From NCBI GenBank assembly GCA_019057795.1, contig JAHLWS010000087.1, positions 32,001 through 96,000 on the forward strand: a stretch of DNA of 64,000 nucleotides. The letters run 5' to 3'. Positions 18,686-28,995 of this stretch are shown here, in pieces. Each line of letters opens with the position of its first letter. Position 1 is the stretch's first letter. The notes beneath the pieces were generated by a model that had not been told where the DNA came from, did no database searches, and saw nothing but the letters and a program-made list of their open reading frames with translations. This DNA is from Promethearchaeota archaeon. GTDB lineage: Archaea; Asgardarchaeota; Lokiarchaeia; Sigyniarchaeales; SOKP01. The translations under genes and the position numbers were made by a program.

Positions 18686-19612
18686 ATGGACTTAAGCACT
18701 GCGAAAGAAATCAAACTTGAAGATAAAGGTTTTTTCGACAAATATTTTCAGAATTACCCTCCCCAGACATCTGAATTCACTTTTACGAATCTATACATGT
18801 GGAGGAATTTTTACGGATTATTTTTTATGGAATGGAAAGAGCATCTTTTAATTTTTTCACGGGATATTTTTAAGAAAAGGAAAGCCACGATGTCCGGAAG
18901 CGATAACACCCTATTTTTTTTCACTCCAATCGGCACAAGACCTGCTGATGTAATTATTGCTCTATTCGAAAATTTTAATGAAATTGAATTTCACAGGGTA
19001 CCAGAGCAGGTTACAGAAGTTCTTAAAAACCACGAAAAGTTTTTGGCTTTAAATATTGAGATTTTTGAAGATCGAGATAATTGGGACTATGTATACGAGG
19101 GAGATAACCTTAGAAATCTACCGGGTAATCGCTACCGCCAAAATAGAAGGTGGTTAAACAAGTTTTTAGAAAATTACGATTATGAATTTAAGATATTAAC
19201 GGAGGACGAAGTTGCCACGACCAAGAAACTACAGTTGGAGTGGTGTATTCTTAGAGAATGTGAAGACGACGAAGGTTTGGAACAGGAGGAGAAAGCCATT
19301 TACGACGCTTTAGACAATTTTTCTGCGTTAGGATTTAAAGGATCGTTAATTTGCGTCGATAACAAATGTGTTGCTTACACATTTGGAGAAATGTTAAATT
19401 CGGACACGATCGTAATACATATTGAGAAAGCGCATATGGAGTATGAAGGTGCGTATCAAACGATTAGCAATCTGTTTTTAAAAAGTAGTTTTATTAATGC
19501 CATGTTCGTTAATCGAGAGCAAGATTTAGGAGTTCCCGGTTTACGTAGAGCAAAAGAATCGTATAAACCAATTCATATGGTCCAAAAAAGCATACTATAT
19601 CGAAAAACATAG
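18686..19612 (+). CDS. DUF2156 / aminoacyl-phosphatidylglycerol synthase-like soluble GNAT-fold protein
   Basis: SEFTFTNLYMW, RDNWDYVY, IHIEKA, NREQDLGVPGLRRAKESYKP. Confidence 0.8.
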   Translation: MDLSTAKEIKLEDKGFFDKYFQNYPPQTSEFTFTNLYMWRNFYGLFFMEWKEHLLIFSRDIFKKRKATMSGSDNTLFFFTPIGTRPADVIIALFENFNEIEFHRVPEQVTEVLKNHEKFLALNIEIFEDRDNWDYVYEGDNLRNLPGNRYRQNRRWLNKFLENYDYEFKILTEDEVATTKKLQLEWCILRECEDDEGLEQEEKAIYDALDNFSALGFKGSLICVDNKCVAYTFGEMLNSDTIVIHIEKAHMEYEGAYQTISNLFLKSSFINAMFVNREQDLGVPGLRRAKESYKPIHMVQKSILYRKT

Positions 19613-19735
19613 GAAATAATAATTGGATTTATGAAAGTTTAAATACCATTTTTAAATTGTAGAAGTTAAGTAGATATAATTAATATATATGAATTTACAT
19701 ATAATACAAAAGAAACGAAATTAATGTGATTCAAA

Positions 19736-21433
19736 ATGTCAGACGAAGAAAACTATAATAAGCAAGTAAAAGAAGATAAAGTAGGGAATTTATTAGGGAA
19801 AACCACTACGCACTCGGTACAAGTACAATTTTCTGACCTAACAATCGAGCGTAATTCTTATTTTGTAATCTATGGAGAGAAGGACGAAGAGGGAATAAGA
19901 GCTACCTATATGCTAAATATTGAGAAGTTATGGAGCGAAGCAAAAGGGATGCTTGCGGATCTGAAGGTATGTGGAGATAGACCAAAGAGACCGTTTGAGA
20001 TAGGTTCAGAAGTTTATCGCGCATCTGAAATTCAAATTACTAAATTATTAGGAATTTATAACCTACCCGAAGAATCCGTCTCTCTTGGGAAGCTGATAGG
20101 CTATCCATTTGATGTTAGATTATTAGTGAAAAACTTTGGAAGAATATTCATTACGGGGAAGTCTGGTAGCGGAAAGTCGTATACGATGGGTGTACTATGC
20201 GAAGAATTTATGAAAAAAGGGATTCCACTCGTAATTTTAGACAGACATGGTGAGTACGGGAGCTTGAAAGTACTTGCAGGAGAAAGTGAAGATAGTGAAG
20301 GAATTAAAAAAGAAAGCGCATTTGTGAATAGCATCATCGAATATTCTGATTTAAGCGTTAACAAAGGAGGGGATATCGATGTAGAGTATCTATTTTCGTT
20401 AGATCCCACTGATATTGTTGCTCCACATCTATGTACAATTATCAATATGAGAGGTATGGATTTAAATGTACAAGAAATGGTTGCTGGTAAGCTTCTTAAA
20501 AGATTATATCAAGCAAGTACGGGTAGAAGAATTCCTCCGTTTTACTTACTACTTGACGAGGCTCACTTGTTTGCTGGAAAAAAACAAACCGAAACATGTG
20601 ACATTGTAAAACTGTTCTCGCAAGAAGGTCGTAAATTCGGTGCAAATTTAATCATCGGTACACAGAGACCTCAACTGTTAGATACAACTATTCGCGCTCA
20701 AGCTGGTACTTGGGTGGTTCATAACCTCACTGATATACGAGATATTGATGTTACGATTTCGAGCGCAGAAGATTTAACTCGAAGTAACAAAACGGATATT
20801 CAAGGGTTAGATAAAGGCGAAGCAATTATTTGTGGAGAAGCAATAAAAGGTATACCCCTATTCGTAAAAGTACGTAAAAGACTTACTGCTCATGGAGGGG
20901 TTGGTTTCAACCCACTAGACTTCCTTCCAAAACAAACTATAGAAGGACTACAAAAACGTAAGCAACAAATTTTAGGAGCAAAAACCGCTAACGAATTAGA
21001 AACTGGGAAATCTATTTATGAAGAAATTACCGCTCCTAAAACTTCAGCAGAATATTTAGATCAGATTGGCTACTTAAAAGTCAGAATTAAAGAGTTAGAA
21101 GAAGAAGTAGATATTTTAAAAGGAAGAATATTAGATGTTGAAGAAGGGAAAGGAGGTCCACTATATATTAGTCAAATTACAGATAATGATGATGTTGAGG
21201 AACTCCAAACAGAAATAAAAGTATGGAGAGAAAAGTATAATTACCTTAAGGAATCCATGGAAAATCCAGATGCGGTGATATCCTCAGGTGAGGGAAGCAG
21301 TGAACTGATTCTCGAACTTCAGAACAAAACGATAGAATTAGAAGCTAACGTTCAGAAGTATAGGTCTCAATATACCGATGCCTTACTCTTAGCCGAAAAA
21401 GCTATCAAAGAGTTAAAGAAGCGAAAAAAGTAA
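19736..21433 (+). CDS. HerA/DUF87-family ATPase with C-terminal coiled coil
   Basis: GKSGSGKS Walker A, LDRHGEY, LLLDEAH Walker B, EGRKFG, TQRP; heptad-rich C-terminus. Confidence 0.85.
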   Translation: MSDEENYNKQVKEDKVGNLLGKTTTHSVQVQFSDLTIERNSYFVIYGEKDEEGIRATYMLNIEKLWSEAKGMLADLKVCGDRPKRPFEIGSEVYRASEIQITKLLGIYNLPEESVSLGKLIGYPFDVRLLVKNFGRIFITGKSGSGKSYTMGVLCEEFMKKGIPLVILDRHGEYGSLKVLAGESEDSEGIKKESAFVNSIIEYSDLSVNKGGDIDVEYLFSLDPTDIVAPHLCTIINMRGMDLNVQEMVAGKLLKRLYQASTGRRIPPFYLLLDEAHLFAGKKQTETCDIVKLFSQEGRKFGANLIIGTQRPQLLDTTIRAQAGTWVVHNLTDIRDIDVTISSAEDLTRSNKTDIQGLDKGEAIICGEAIKGIPLFVKVRKRLTAHGGVGFNPLDFLPKQTIEGLQKRKQQILGAKTANELETGKSIYEEITAPKTSAEYLDQIGYLKVRIKELEEEVDILKGRILDVEEGKGGPLYISQITDNDDVEELQTEIKVWREKYNYLKESMENPDAVISSGEGSSELILELQNKTIELEANVQKYRSQYTDALLLAEKAIKELKKRKK

Positions 21434-21589
21434 TTTTTTAATAATATTTTATTCTTATTTTGATTTTTGAATTCAAAAAATTTTTTCTGTTTTCTTATTT
21501 ATTAATGTATTTTCAAGTTTAACCAAAATATATTAATTTTATTATGGATATCTCAAGGTATTACTTATTAGTATTTAAAGCAAAGAGGA

Positions 21590-22663
21590 TTGATGATGAA
21601 TATTGAGAGTATAAAAGTTCTTCAAAAAGAATTATCTTCGCTTATCGGAGTTTCTGGCTATGAAGATGATGTAAGTGATTTTATTTTAAAAAAGATAGAG
21701 AAAGAAAATTTAGTTGATAAGGCTTGGAAAGATAATTTGGGTAATATTCTAGCTGTAATAGAGGGTACTAATGGAAATAACAGAATTCTATTGGATGCGC
21801 ATACTGATGAGATTGGTTTTATGATTTCTCACGTCGAAAAAAAAGGTTTCTTACGATTTGTTCCAATTGGGGGTTGGGATACGAGAATTTTATTAGGACA
21901 AACAGTGGTGATACGATCTGAGCCAGGAAAGATCCATCGTGGCATTATTGGATCGAAACCACCACACCTTACCTCTTTAAACGAGAGAAAAAAGATTGTT
22001 GAGATTTCAGATATGTATATTGATGTCGGGATGGATTCAAAAGAAGAAGTTGTTAGAAATAATATTGATATAGGAACTACCGGTACGCTTTTCTCTCCTT
22101 TTGTAGAATTTCCTAATAACATGGTCCGTGGTAAAGCATTCGACGATCGCACTGGTTGTAATGTGCTCCTTAACATCATGAAATTGTTAAAAGAAGAATC
22201 GCCTGTTAAAGACACGATCCTTTTTAATTTTGCAGTTCAAGAAGAAATAGGAGGTAGAGGTGCGATTACAGGAGCGTTTAATCTTAAACCAACAATTGCT
22301 ATTGCCATAGAAAACACTACTGCTGCGGATGTTCCAGGTATCAAAGAAGCAGAAGTTCCAGCTTACATAGGAAAAGGACCAGCAATCACAGTAGCAGATA
22401 AATCAATAATTTCTAGTCCTAAAGTTAACAAAAGACTCGTAAAAAATGCTGAACTCGACAAAATTCCCTATCAAATTAAGAAACCTATGTATGGCGGGAC
22501 TGATGCAGGTAAGATTCATATTTCCCGAGAAGGTGTTCCAAGTTCAGTCGTATCTGTTCCTTGTAGATATATACATTCTCCCACTTCTTTGCTCAAATTA
22601 GAGGATATTCTTAATACAATTCGTTTAATTAATGCATTTATTCGAAACTCTGCTAATATTTAG
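21590..22663 (+). CDS. M42 family aminopeptidase (TET-like)
   Basis: AHTDEIG, GKAFDDR, VQEEIG, GGTDAG, RYIHSP. Confidence 0.92.
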   Translation: MMMNIESIKVLQKELSSLIGVSGYEDDVSDFILKKIEKENLVDKAWKDNLGNILAVIEGTNGNNRILLDAHTDEIGFMISHVEKKGFLRFVPIGGWDTRILLGQTVVIRSEPGKIHRGIIGSKPPHLTSLNERKKIVEISDMYIDVGMDSKEEVVRNNIDIGTTGTLFSPFVEFPNNMVRGKAFDDRTGCNVLLNIMKLLKEESPVKDTILFNFAVQEEIGGRGAITGAFNLKPTIAIAIENTTAADVPGIKEAEVPAYIGKGPAITVADKSIISSPKVNKRLVKNAELDKIPYQIKKPMYGGTDAGKIHISREGVPSSVVSVPCRYIHSPTSLLKLEDILNTIRLINAFIRNSANI

Positions 22664-22712
22664 TGTAAAGAAGTGAATAAAAAGAAAATAAAAAATTTAA
22701 TAATTCCTATCT

Positions 22713-24011
22713 TTATTTTGGTGGTTTAATTAAGTACGCTAAGATTGCTGATCCAACTGACATTATTCCCATTACAATAAATAATATCAAATAGCTCCCA
22801 AAAATAGTAACAAATAAATTCACACCAACAGCACCAATAAATCCTGCAACACCATAAGCGGTAAAGACAATTCCATAATTAGGACCTAAATTCTTTGAGC
22901 CAAACAAATCAGCAGTAGCAGTAGGGAATAAACTGAAATTACCTCCGAAGCAGAAATATATTGCACATGTTATTGTTAAGAAATATATCTCGCTGACATT
23001 CGTTGTAAAGTAGATAAACATGAGGATTGCTTGAATCGTAAACATTACCAGCATAGATTTTTTATAGGTTATCATATCTGCTAGTTTCCCCCAAACTATT
23101 CTACCTAATCCGTTGAATAAAGCTGCTAAACTCCCAATTAATACGAAATCACTGATTCCAATCGCATAAATGAAGTTATCTCCAACATCAACAGATTTAG
23201 CAAAAGCAGCGTACGATCCAATTACCATTAAACCAGACATCGCGCTTAACGCAAAGGCTGTCCAAAGCATCCAAAATTGAGGTAATTTTACAGTTTGACC
23301 CCGCTCGAATTCTAACCCTGAAATTCCACTCTCTTCGGAAGGAGGTGGAGGTATCCATCCTACAGGCTTCCATCCTTCAGGAGGATTACTCAAGGTCATT
23401 GCTCCTCCAATAACAAGAACGATGTATACTATTCCTAAAACGATAAACATCATTGGGATATTTTGCGAAACTGTAGCAACAAAGTTTAGATCGGTAGTTT
23501 CTAATCCTGTTGGGTTAACTAATGATTTAATTACATAATTGAAAACGAAGGCGCCTGCTCCAAATCCAGCGACCGCGATTCCGTTAATAAATCCTTTTTT
23601 ATCCGGAAACCATTTACCAGCTGAAGCAATTGGACACACATAACCGAAACCAATGCCAGCACCAAATATAACACCATAAGTAATTAAAAATCCTATAAAA
23701 GTAGTCATAAAAGCGCTTGATATCAAGCCAATTCCAATCAAAATCCCACCTAAGATCGCGATCTTTTTCGGACCGTGTTTTTGCTGCAATTTGCCCGCAA
23801 AAATCATCGTAATCGCAAAGGTTAATAAACCTACTCCAAAAATATATACTGTAAGCTCTCTAGCCTCACCTAAATAAGGGCTGAGGAAGATGGTGAGAGT
23901 TCCCCAAGAGTATATCGTGCCTAACGCTAACTGTATAAGAATAGCTCCTATTACAACAATCCATCGATTTCTAACTTTTTGTTCTTTTTGTTCAGTCGAC
24001 ATTTTCTTCAA
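22713..24011 (-). CDS. OFA-family MFS transporter (oxalate/formate antiporter-like)
   Basis: 12 TM; KWFPDKKG..GIAVAGFGAG; NGLGRIVWG; FG..N.G.NYG. Confidence 0.88.
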   Translation of the reverse strand: MKKMSTEQKEQKVRNRWIVVIGAILIQLALGTIYSWGTLTIFLSPYLGEARELTVYIFGVGLLTFAITMIFAGKLQQKHGPKKIAILGGILIGIGLISSAFMTTFIGFLITYGVIFGAGIGFGYVCPIASAGKWFPDKKGFINGIAVAGFGAGAFVFNYVIKSLVNPTGLETTDLNFVATVSQNIPMMFIVLGIVYIVLVIGGAMTLSNPPEGWKPVGWIPPPPSEESGISGLEFERGQTVKLPQFWMLWTAFALSAMSGLMVIGSYAAFAKSVDVGDNFIYAIGISDFVLIGSLAALFNGLGRIVWGKLADMITYKKSMLVMFTIQAILMFIYFTTNVSEIYFLTITCAIYFCFGGNFSLFPTATADLFGSKNLGPNYGIVFTAYGVAGFIGAVGVNLFVTIFGSYLILFIVMGIMSVGSAILAYLIKPPK

Positions 24012-24190
24012 ATTTTAGTATTTAATTAAGTCTAAAAATTATGTGAAGAATAAAAACATTTCATTAATAAAATATTGATGAATTTCCAAGTAGTTTGCGG
24101 AATAATAATTAAATTTCACAGTTTACTTTTATAAAATTAACAATGGCTAAAAAGGAGTTTTTATATAATTGTGAATCAGAGTATTAAAAT

Positions 24191-25888
24191 ATGAATAAAT
24201 TTAATCTATCAAAAAAACGAATAGCATTAATTTGTATCTTTCTGGCCATTTTCGTAGTCGGAACTATTTTCATTTTTGTAGTACCTTTAAGCGTCAAAAG
24301 CACATATGGATTATCGACTCAAACAGACGATGGTGTAACTATTTCCTTTAATGTTTTTGAACCTTTAGACGGGGGTTTGAACAAGCCAGCTTTTATAATT
24401 GGACATGGTTCTATGGTGAATAAAGAAATGGTAAAAGGCTACGCCTTAGAACTGGCAGCAGCAGGTTTTGTTGCTGTACCCTTTGATTTCAGAGGGCATG
24501 GTCAAAGTACTACGGGTGATTCTAGCGTAAGGATTAACGATGTTATTGCTATTAAAGAATATCTACAAACTAGGGGAGATATAGACATGAACTCATTAGG
24601 ATATATCGGGTATAGTATGGGAGGTTTAGGACAAGCGTTAGTTCACGACGATACGGCATTCAAGTGTTTTATTGGAATTGGAACTTGGTTATATCCCGAT
24701 CTAAGAAGAGGTGATTCAACCAATCCATTAAATGTTTTAATGATCCAAGCTTTATTTGATGAAGCTGTTGAACTTCCGTATCTAAAGGAGAGTTTGGCAA
24801 CGCGCGTGGGCATCCCTATTTCAAATGTGGATTCAAACAAATTATACGGATCATTCCAACAAGGAAACGCAACAATGATTTACTTAGATGATAATAGTAA
24901 TCACCTGACAGTCGCCTGGGACGAAGACTTCATTCGTGAAGCAAGAGATTGGGCTATAAATTCGTTTGACATCGATGTAGTAGATGAAACCTTTTATGTC
25001 AATGTAAGAGCTTTGATATTACTAGTGCAAGTGATTGGTGGCATTGGATTATTCTTATTAATCGTTGACCCATTATCTAATTTGATTTTACAGACTAAAA
25101 ACGAGAGAGAAAAAGGAGCAGAAATAAAACCCTATAGAATTGAAGCATCAGATTATTCAATCAAAAGTTTAACGGTTAAGCCAATATTATATTCACTGCT
25201 ACTTGGTATTCCAGGCGTAATAATTTTTATACCAATTTTACTAGTTTTACCTTTAGCCATAGCCGGGTTCGTTGTTGCTTTGTTATTTGGTCAAGCATTT
25301 GGATTAATGGTTTTGTTATGGAGAATAGGGAAGAAAGATGATTTAACTTTTAAAGATATACTTAAAAAACCTTTTAGAGGAAGAAATAGATTTCTCAGGC
25401 AATTAGCATTAGGAGCAATTTTAGCAACGATATTATATGTAATCTCATATTTATCAATTGGGTTAAACTATTTAGGATTGTTTCCTTCCGTGACTAAAAT
25501 TTGGACGGTCCCAATCTACTTCATCATCAGTTTTTTCGTAATCCTAATTCTTAATTTAATAACTCAAGTGATAATTCAAAACAAGTTCGATGACTCTATT
25601 ATTAATACTATTAAAATACTATTTTTGGGTTTTATCCTTCCATTTCTGTATTATTTTGTATATCTGTTACTTATCGGTGTGGTTTTGAGAAGTTTTTTTT
25701 ACTTTGGGACTTTTATCCCAATCTCATTAGTGATGTTTACTCTAACATCTGCGGTGTCCATAATAACCTATAGAAAAACCGGAAATATCACTACAGGGGC
25801 TATAATAAACGCAGTTATACTGACTTTTCTGATTGTAACCATGTCTACACCACAAAGTGGCTTTGAGTTCTTGACAGGCTTCTTTTAA
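24191..25888 (+). CDS. Alpha/beta-hydrolase with C-terminal multi-TM domain
   Basis: GHG, DFRGHGQS, GYSMG nucleophile elbow, NH; about 8 C-terminal TM helices. Confidence 0.8.
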   Translation: MNKFNLSKKRIALICIFLAIFVVGTIFIFVVPLSVKSTYGLSTQTDDGVTISFNVFEPLDGGLNKPAFIIGHGSMVNKEMVKGYALELAAAGFVAVPFDFRGHGQSTTGDSSVRINDVIAIKEYLQTRGDIDMNSLGYIGYSMGGLGQALVHDDTAFKCFIGIGTWLYPDLRRGDSTNPLNVLMIQALFDEAVELPYLKESLATRVGIPISNVDSNKLYGSFQQGNATMIYLDDNSNHLTVAWDEDFIREARDWAINSFDIDVVDETFYVNVRALILLVQVIGGIGLFLLIVDPLSNLILQTKNEREKGAEIKPYRIEASDYSIKSLTVKPILYSLLLGIPGVIIFIPILLVLPLAIAGFVVALLFGQAFGLMVLLWRIGKKDDLTFKDILKKPFRGRNRFLRQLALGAILATILYVISYLSIGLNYLGLFPSVTKIWTVPIYFIISFFVILILNLITQVIIQNKFDDSIINTIKILFLGFILPFLYYFVYLLLIGVVLRSFFYFGTFIPISLVMFTLTSAVSIITYRKTGNITTGAIINAVILTFLIVTMSTPQSGFEFLTGFF

Positions 25889-26053
25889 TTTTTAATAAAC
25901 TATCTTTTTTTTATTTCTTATCTAAAATACTATAAAGTTGTTTACCTAGATTTTTGATTAAAAACGAATTATAAAGATAAAAATCTTATAAATTATTATT
26001 AATATAATTAATAAAACTGGAAATTAAATGTTGTATTAATAAAGAAAAAATCG

Positions 26054-26428
26054 TTGAGTTGTATGTCGTCTAACAAAGGATTTTTATGGAGTTTTGTCTT
26101 TTTTTTAACTTTTGTGATTTACGGTTCAATTCCGACTTATGTCACAGTTTCTTATTGGGAATGGCTGAACGCACTACGGTTTGAAGAAGAACCTATTTAT
26201 ACTCTTTCTTTATTTGTATTATTTTTATGGATCGTTTCTCTGATCGTTACTCTAATTTATATTGTGGCCATGATTCGCGCAATTGTCCAAAGAAAAAGCG
26301 AAGATTTAGGCATTCCTAAAGGTGTGAAAGGTTTTGGGCTTGTTTCAACTATTGTTATTATCGTTTTTATGGTAGTATGGTACTTGCTTTTCAATCAAGT
26401 AGCGTTTTTCTCAATGATACCTCCATAA
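26054..26428 (+). CDS. Small 3-TM membrane protein
   Basis: Three hydrophobic segments; start may be ATG 26063. Confidence 0.6.
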   Translation: MSCMSSNKGFLWSFVFFLTFVIYGSIPTYVTVSYWEWLNALRFEEEPIYTLSLFVLFLWIVSLIVTLIYIVAMIRAIVQRKSEDLGIPKGVKGFGLVSTIVIIVFMVVWYLLFNQVAFFSMIPP

Positions 26429-26472
26429 AAAGAAGGAGTAATATTAAAATCTTGAATTTCAATTAAAGACAT

Positions 26473-27657
26473 TTACAGGTTTATTGGATAGTTACCAAAT
26501 TCTTTCGTTGCTTCAACCATCCAACACAAATTATCAACTTTTACAGCAGGGTGCATGTTAGCTGCGCTGACTATATAACCGCCACCAGGTCCAGCAGTTT
26601 TAATTGAGTGTTTAACTGCGGCAAAGACCTCGTCCTTTGTCCCATAAGTAAGATCGTGTGCGATATCTATGTTTCCCATAAGACATAATTTATCGCCAAC
26701 TTTTTTCTTTACGAGAGCTAGATCCACACCTGCCGTGGGTTCAAGACTATGCAAGCCATCGAAACCACAATCTACAACGAAATCTAACAACGGGGTAACC
26801 TGACCGTCAGTGTGTAACACGATTTTTTTCCCTCGGTCGTGAACAGTGTCAGTAATCGTTTTATATGCCGGAAGTAATAATTCGTTAAACTTTTTTGGAC
26901 TCATCATCGGACCGGTTTTGTAAGCTAAATCTCCCGATTCTATAAATAATTCAGCTCCAACATCCATATATGCGTTATAACAGGCAGCAGTAAATTCAGC
27001 GATAACTTCGTGAACCTCTTTGATAAATTTAGGGTTTTTATGAAGCATTCGTGAGTAATAAGTAAGACCCATGCCTTGCGTAGCGCTTTCAAATACTCCC
27101 GCTAAGTCGTTGGTGACGGCAACAAATATTTTATCTTTATGCTTCTTATTTATTCGGCGGAAGAATTTTTTAGCCATCTTGGTGTATTTCTCAGTCATAG
27201 GTCCTTCTATGTTTTCTTTGGTCTCTTTCCATTTCTCAGGAGAATTCATAGTACCATATAAATAATAAGGATTGAAATTGCCCTCATTATTTCGCGCTTC
27301 CCATACACGTCCAAAAATGTCATTCATTAAAAGACGGTCGTCGTTCGGATCATCAAAAAAATAGAAGGGTAATATACCTACTTGCATACAGTCAAGGCCA
27401 ATTGCCGCAGCTGCTTCCACACAACGAGAAAAAACACTCGTTTCTACGCTTTCTACAAGGTTACTCAACTCTTCTATCCACCCATCAGGATTATCACGCT
27501 GTATCTGTTCTACAGTGTCAAAATCGGTAACTTGCGGTTTTCCTAATATTATATCGACGTTATTCGCATCGATAAGAATGGTGTGACACGGAACTCTATC
27601 GGGTTCTTCTAAATTTAACGCAGCAAGAACTCTTTCTCTACAATCCATTTTTCTCAT
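26473..27657 (-). CDS. Uroporphyrinogen decarboxylase / MtaA-CmuA methyltransferase family protein
   Basis: RERVLAALNLEEPDRVP, LHTDG, MGNID, GGGYIVS. Confidence 0.85.
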   Translation of the reverse strand: MRKMDCRERVLAALNLEEPDRVPCHTILIDANNVDIILGKPQVTDFDTVEQIQRDNPDGWIEELSNLVESVETSVFSRCVEAAAAIGLDCMQVGILPFYFFDDPNDDRLLMNDIFGRVWEARNNEGNFNPYYLYGTMNSPEKWKETKENIEGPMTEKYTKMAKKFFRRINKKHKDKIFVAVTNDLAGVFESATQGMGLTYYSRMLHKNPKFIKEVHEVIAEFTAACYNAYMDVGAELFIESGDLAYKTGPMMSPKKFNELLLPAYKTITDTVHDRGKKIVLHTDGQVTPLLDFVVDCGFDGLHSLEPTAGVDLALVKKKVGDKLCLMGNIDIAHDLTYGTKDEVFAAVKHSIKTAGPGGGYIVSAANMHPAVKVDNLCWMVEATKEFGNYPINL

Positions 27658-27765
27658 TAAATTGTTTTTTAATATTATTAATTAAATAAGATAATTGGAT
27701 TCTTTTTTAAAAATTTAATTAGAAATTTAAAAATACTAAGACTATGTAGTAAATAAAAAGAATAA

Positions 27766-28962
27766 TTAATTAATAGAAATAGGATAAGTTCCATATTTCT
27801 TTAATGTATTGTGCATCGCTAAATAGTTTTCTAATTTAACAGAAGGATTAATACTATGTCCAGAACTTAGGATAAAGCCTCCTCCTGGAGCAAGCTTTTT
27901 GATAAGATTTTTAGTGTAATTCTCTATATAAGTTTGCTCTTTATCGGCGAGATCTTGAGGAGAAACATTTCCGATAAATGTAACTTTACCAGAATATTTT
28001 TCATTGAGTTTAAAAATGTCATAATCAGGATTTGCAGTTGTCGGTTCGAAAGGATGAAATGCATCAATTCCAACTCCAATTAGATCTTCAAATAATTCTA
28101 TAATGTCTCCACAGCTGTGTAAGATCACTTTTAAACCTCCTTTATGTGCAACTTTACAACTTTCTTCTAACCAAGGAAGTACGTAAGTTCTATAGTTTTT
28201 AGGGCTCATCAACAAACCCGATTTATATCCATAATCATCCATTATCATTATCATATCGGTTTCTCCCCATTCGATAAAAATTTTGACTAAATCTACAAGA
28301 AGTTTACCAAATCTATCAAAAACAACTTTGATCTTTTTTGGATTGGTTAATAGTTTACTAAATTTTGAAAACCCAAAAACTTGCCAAGCAGGCTCAAATA
28401 ACCCCCATGCAGCAGGGATAATGGAGATTTTTCCTTGAGACTCTTTTTCTGTTTTTTTCATTGCTTTAAAATATTTTTCTCTTCGGGGAGTGTTAACCTC
28501 TAAAGGTGCAAAAGATTCAAATTCTTCAAAACTTTTAAATGCTCCACCTCTATAATATGCCATGTCCATACCATCTGAAGGGTTTTTTCTTACATCGAAA
28601 ACTCTTCCGAATTCGTCTGTAAAATGCGTTTTATCACAGCTTATAGGGAAAAGGACATAGCCTATTAATGGAACAATTGCTAAGTCGATTCCAAGCTTTT
28701 TATATAAATTTACATGCTTATTCATAGTAGTTTTAATATATGATCTTGTTTCCGTAGCCATAATAAGAGTTTTAGTTAAAGAGTCTGTATCTCCTTGAAA
28801 AAGATCGTAAGTATCATTATAACTTTTTACCATTCCTTGAAATACATAGTCCTCGTTAAAGTGTTCACATACTTTGAAATTATCTATTGACATCTCAAAA
28901 GAGGGTACTTTATCAGGTTCTTCAAAATTTAAAACCGAACGTATTCTTTCTCTACTATTCAT
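27766..28962 (-). CDS. Uroporphyrinogen decarboxylase / MtaA-CmuA methyltransferase family protein, paralog
   Basis: RERI...EEPDKVP, LHSCG, IGNV, GGGFILSSGH. Confidence 0.85.
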   Translation of the reverse strand: MNSRERIRSVLNFEEPDKVPSFEMSIDNFKVCEHFNEDYVFQGMVKSYNDTYDLFQGDTDSLTKTLIMATETRSYIKTTMNKHVNLYKKLGIDLAIVPLIGYVLFPISCDKTHFTDEFGRVFDVRKNPSDGMDMAYYRGGAFKSFEEFESFAPLEVNTPRREKYFKAMKKTEKESQGKISIIPAAWGLFEPAWQVFGFSKFSKLLTNPKKIKVVFDRFGKLLVDLVKIFIEWGETDMIMIMDDYGYKSGLLMSPKNYRTYVLPWLEESCKVAHKGGLKVILHSCGDIIELFEDLIGVGIDAFHPFEPTTANPDYDIFKLNEKYSGKVTFIGNVSPQDLADKEQTYIENYTKNLIKKLAPGGGFILSSGHSINPSVKLENYLAMHNTLKKYGTYPISIN

Positions 28963-28995
28963 AATAATTCTCCTTTAAATTTAACCGCTTAAATT

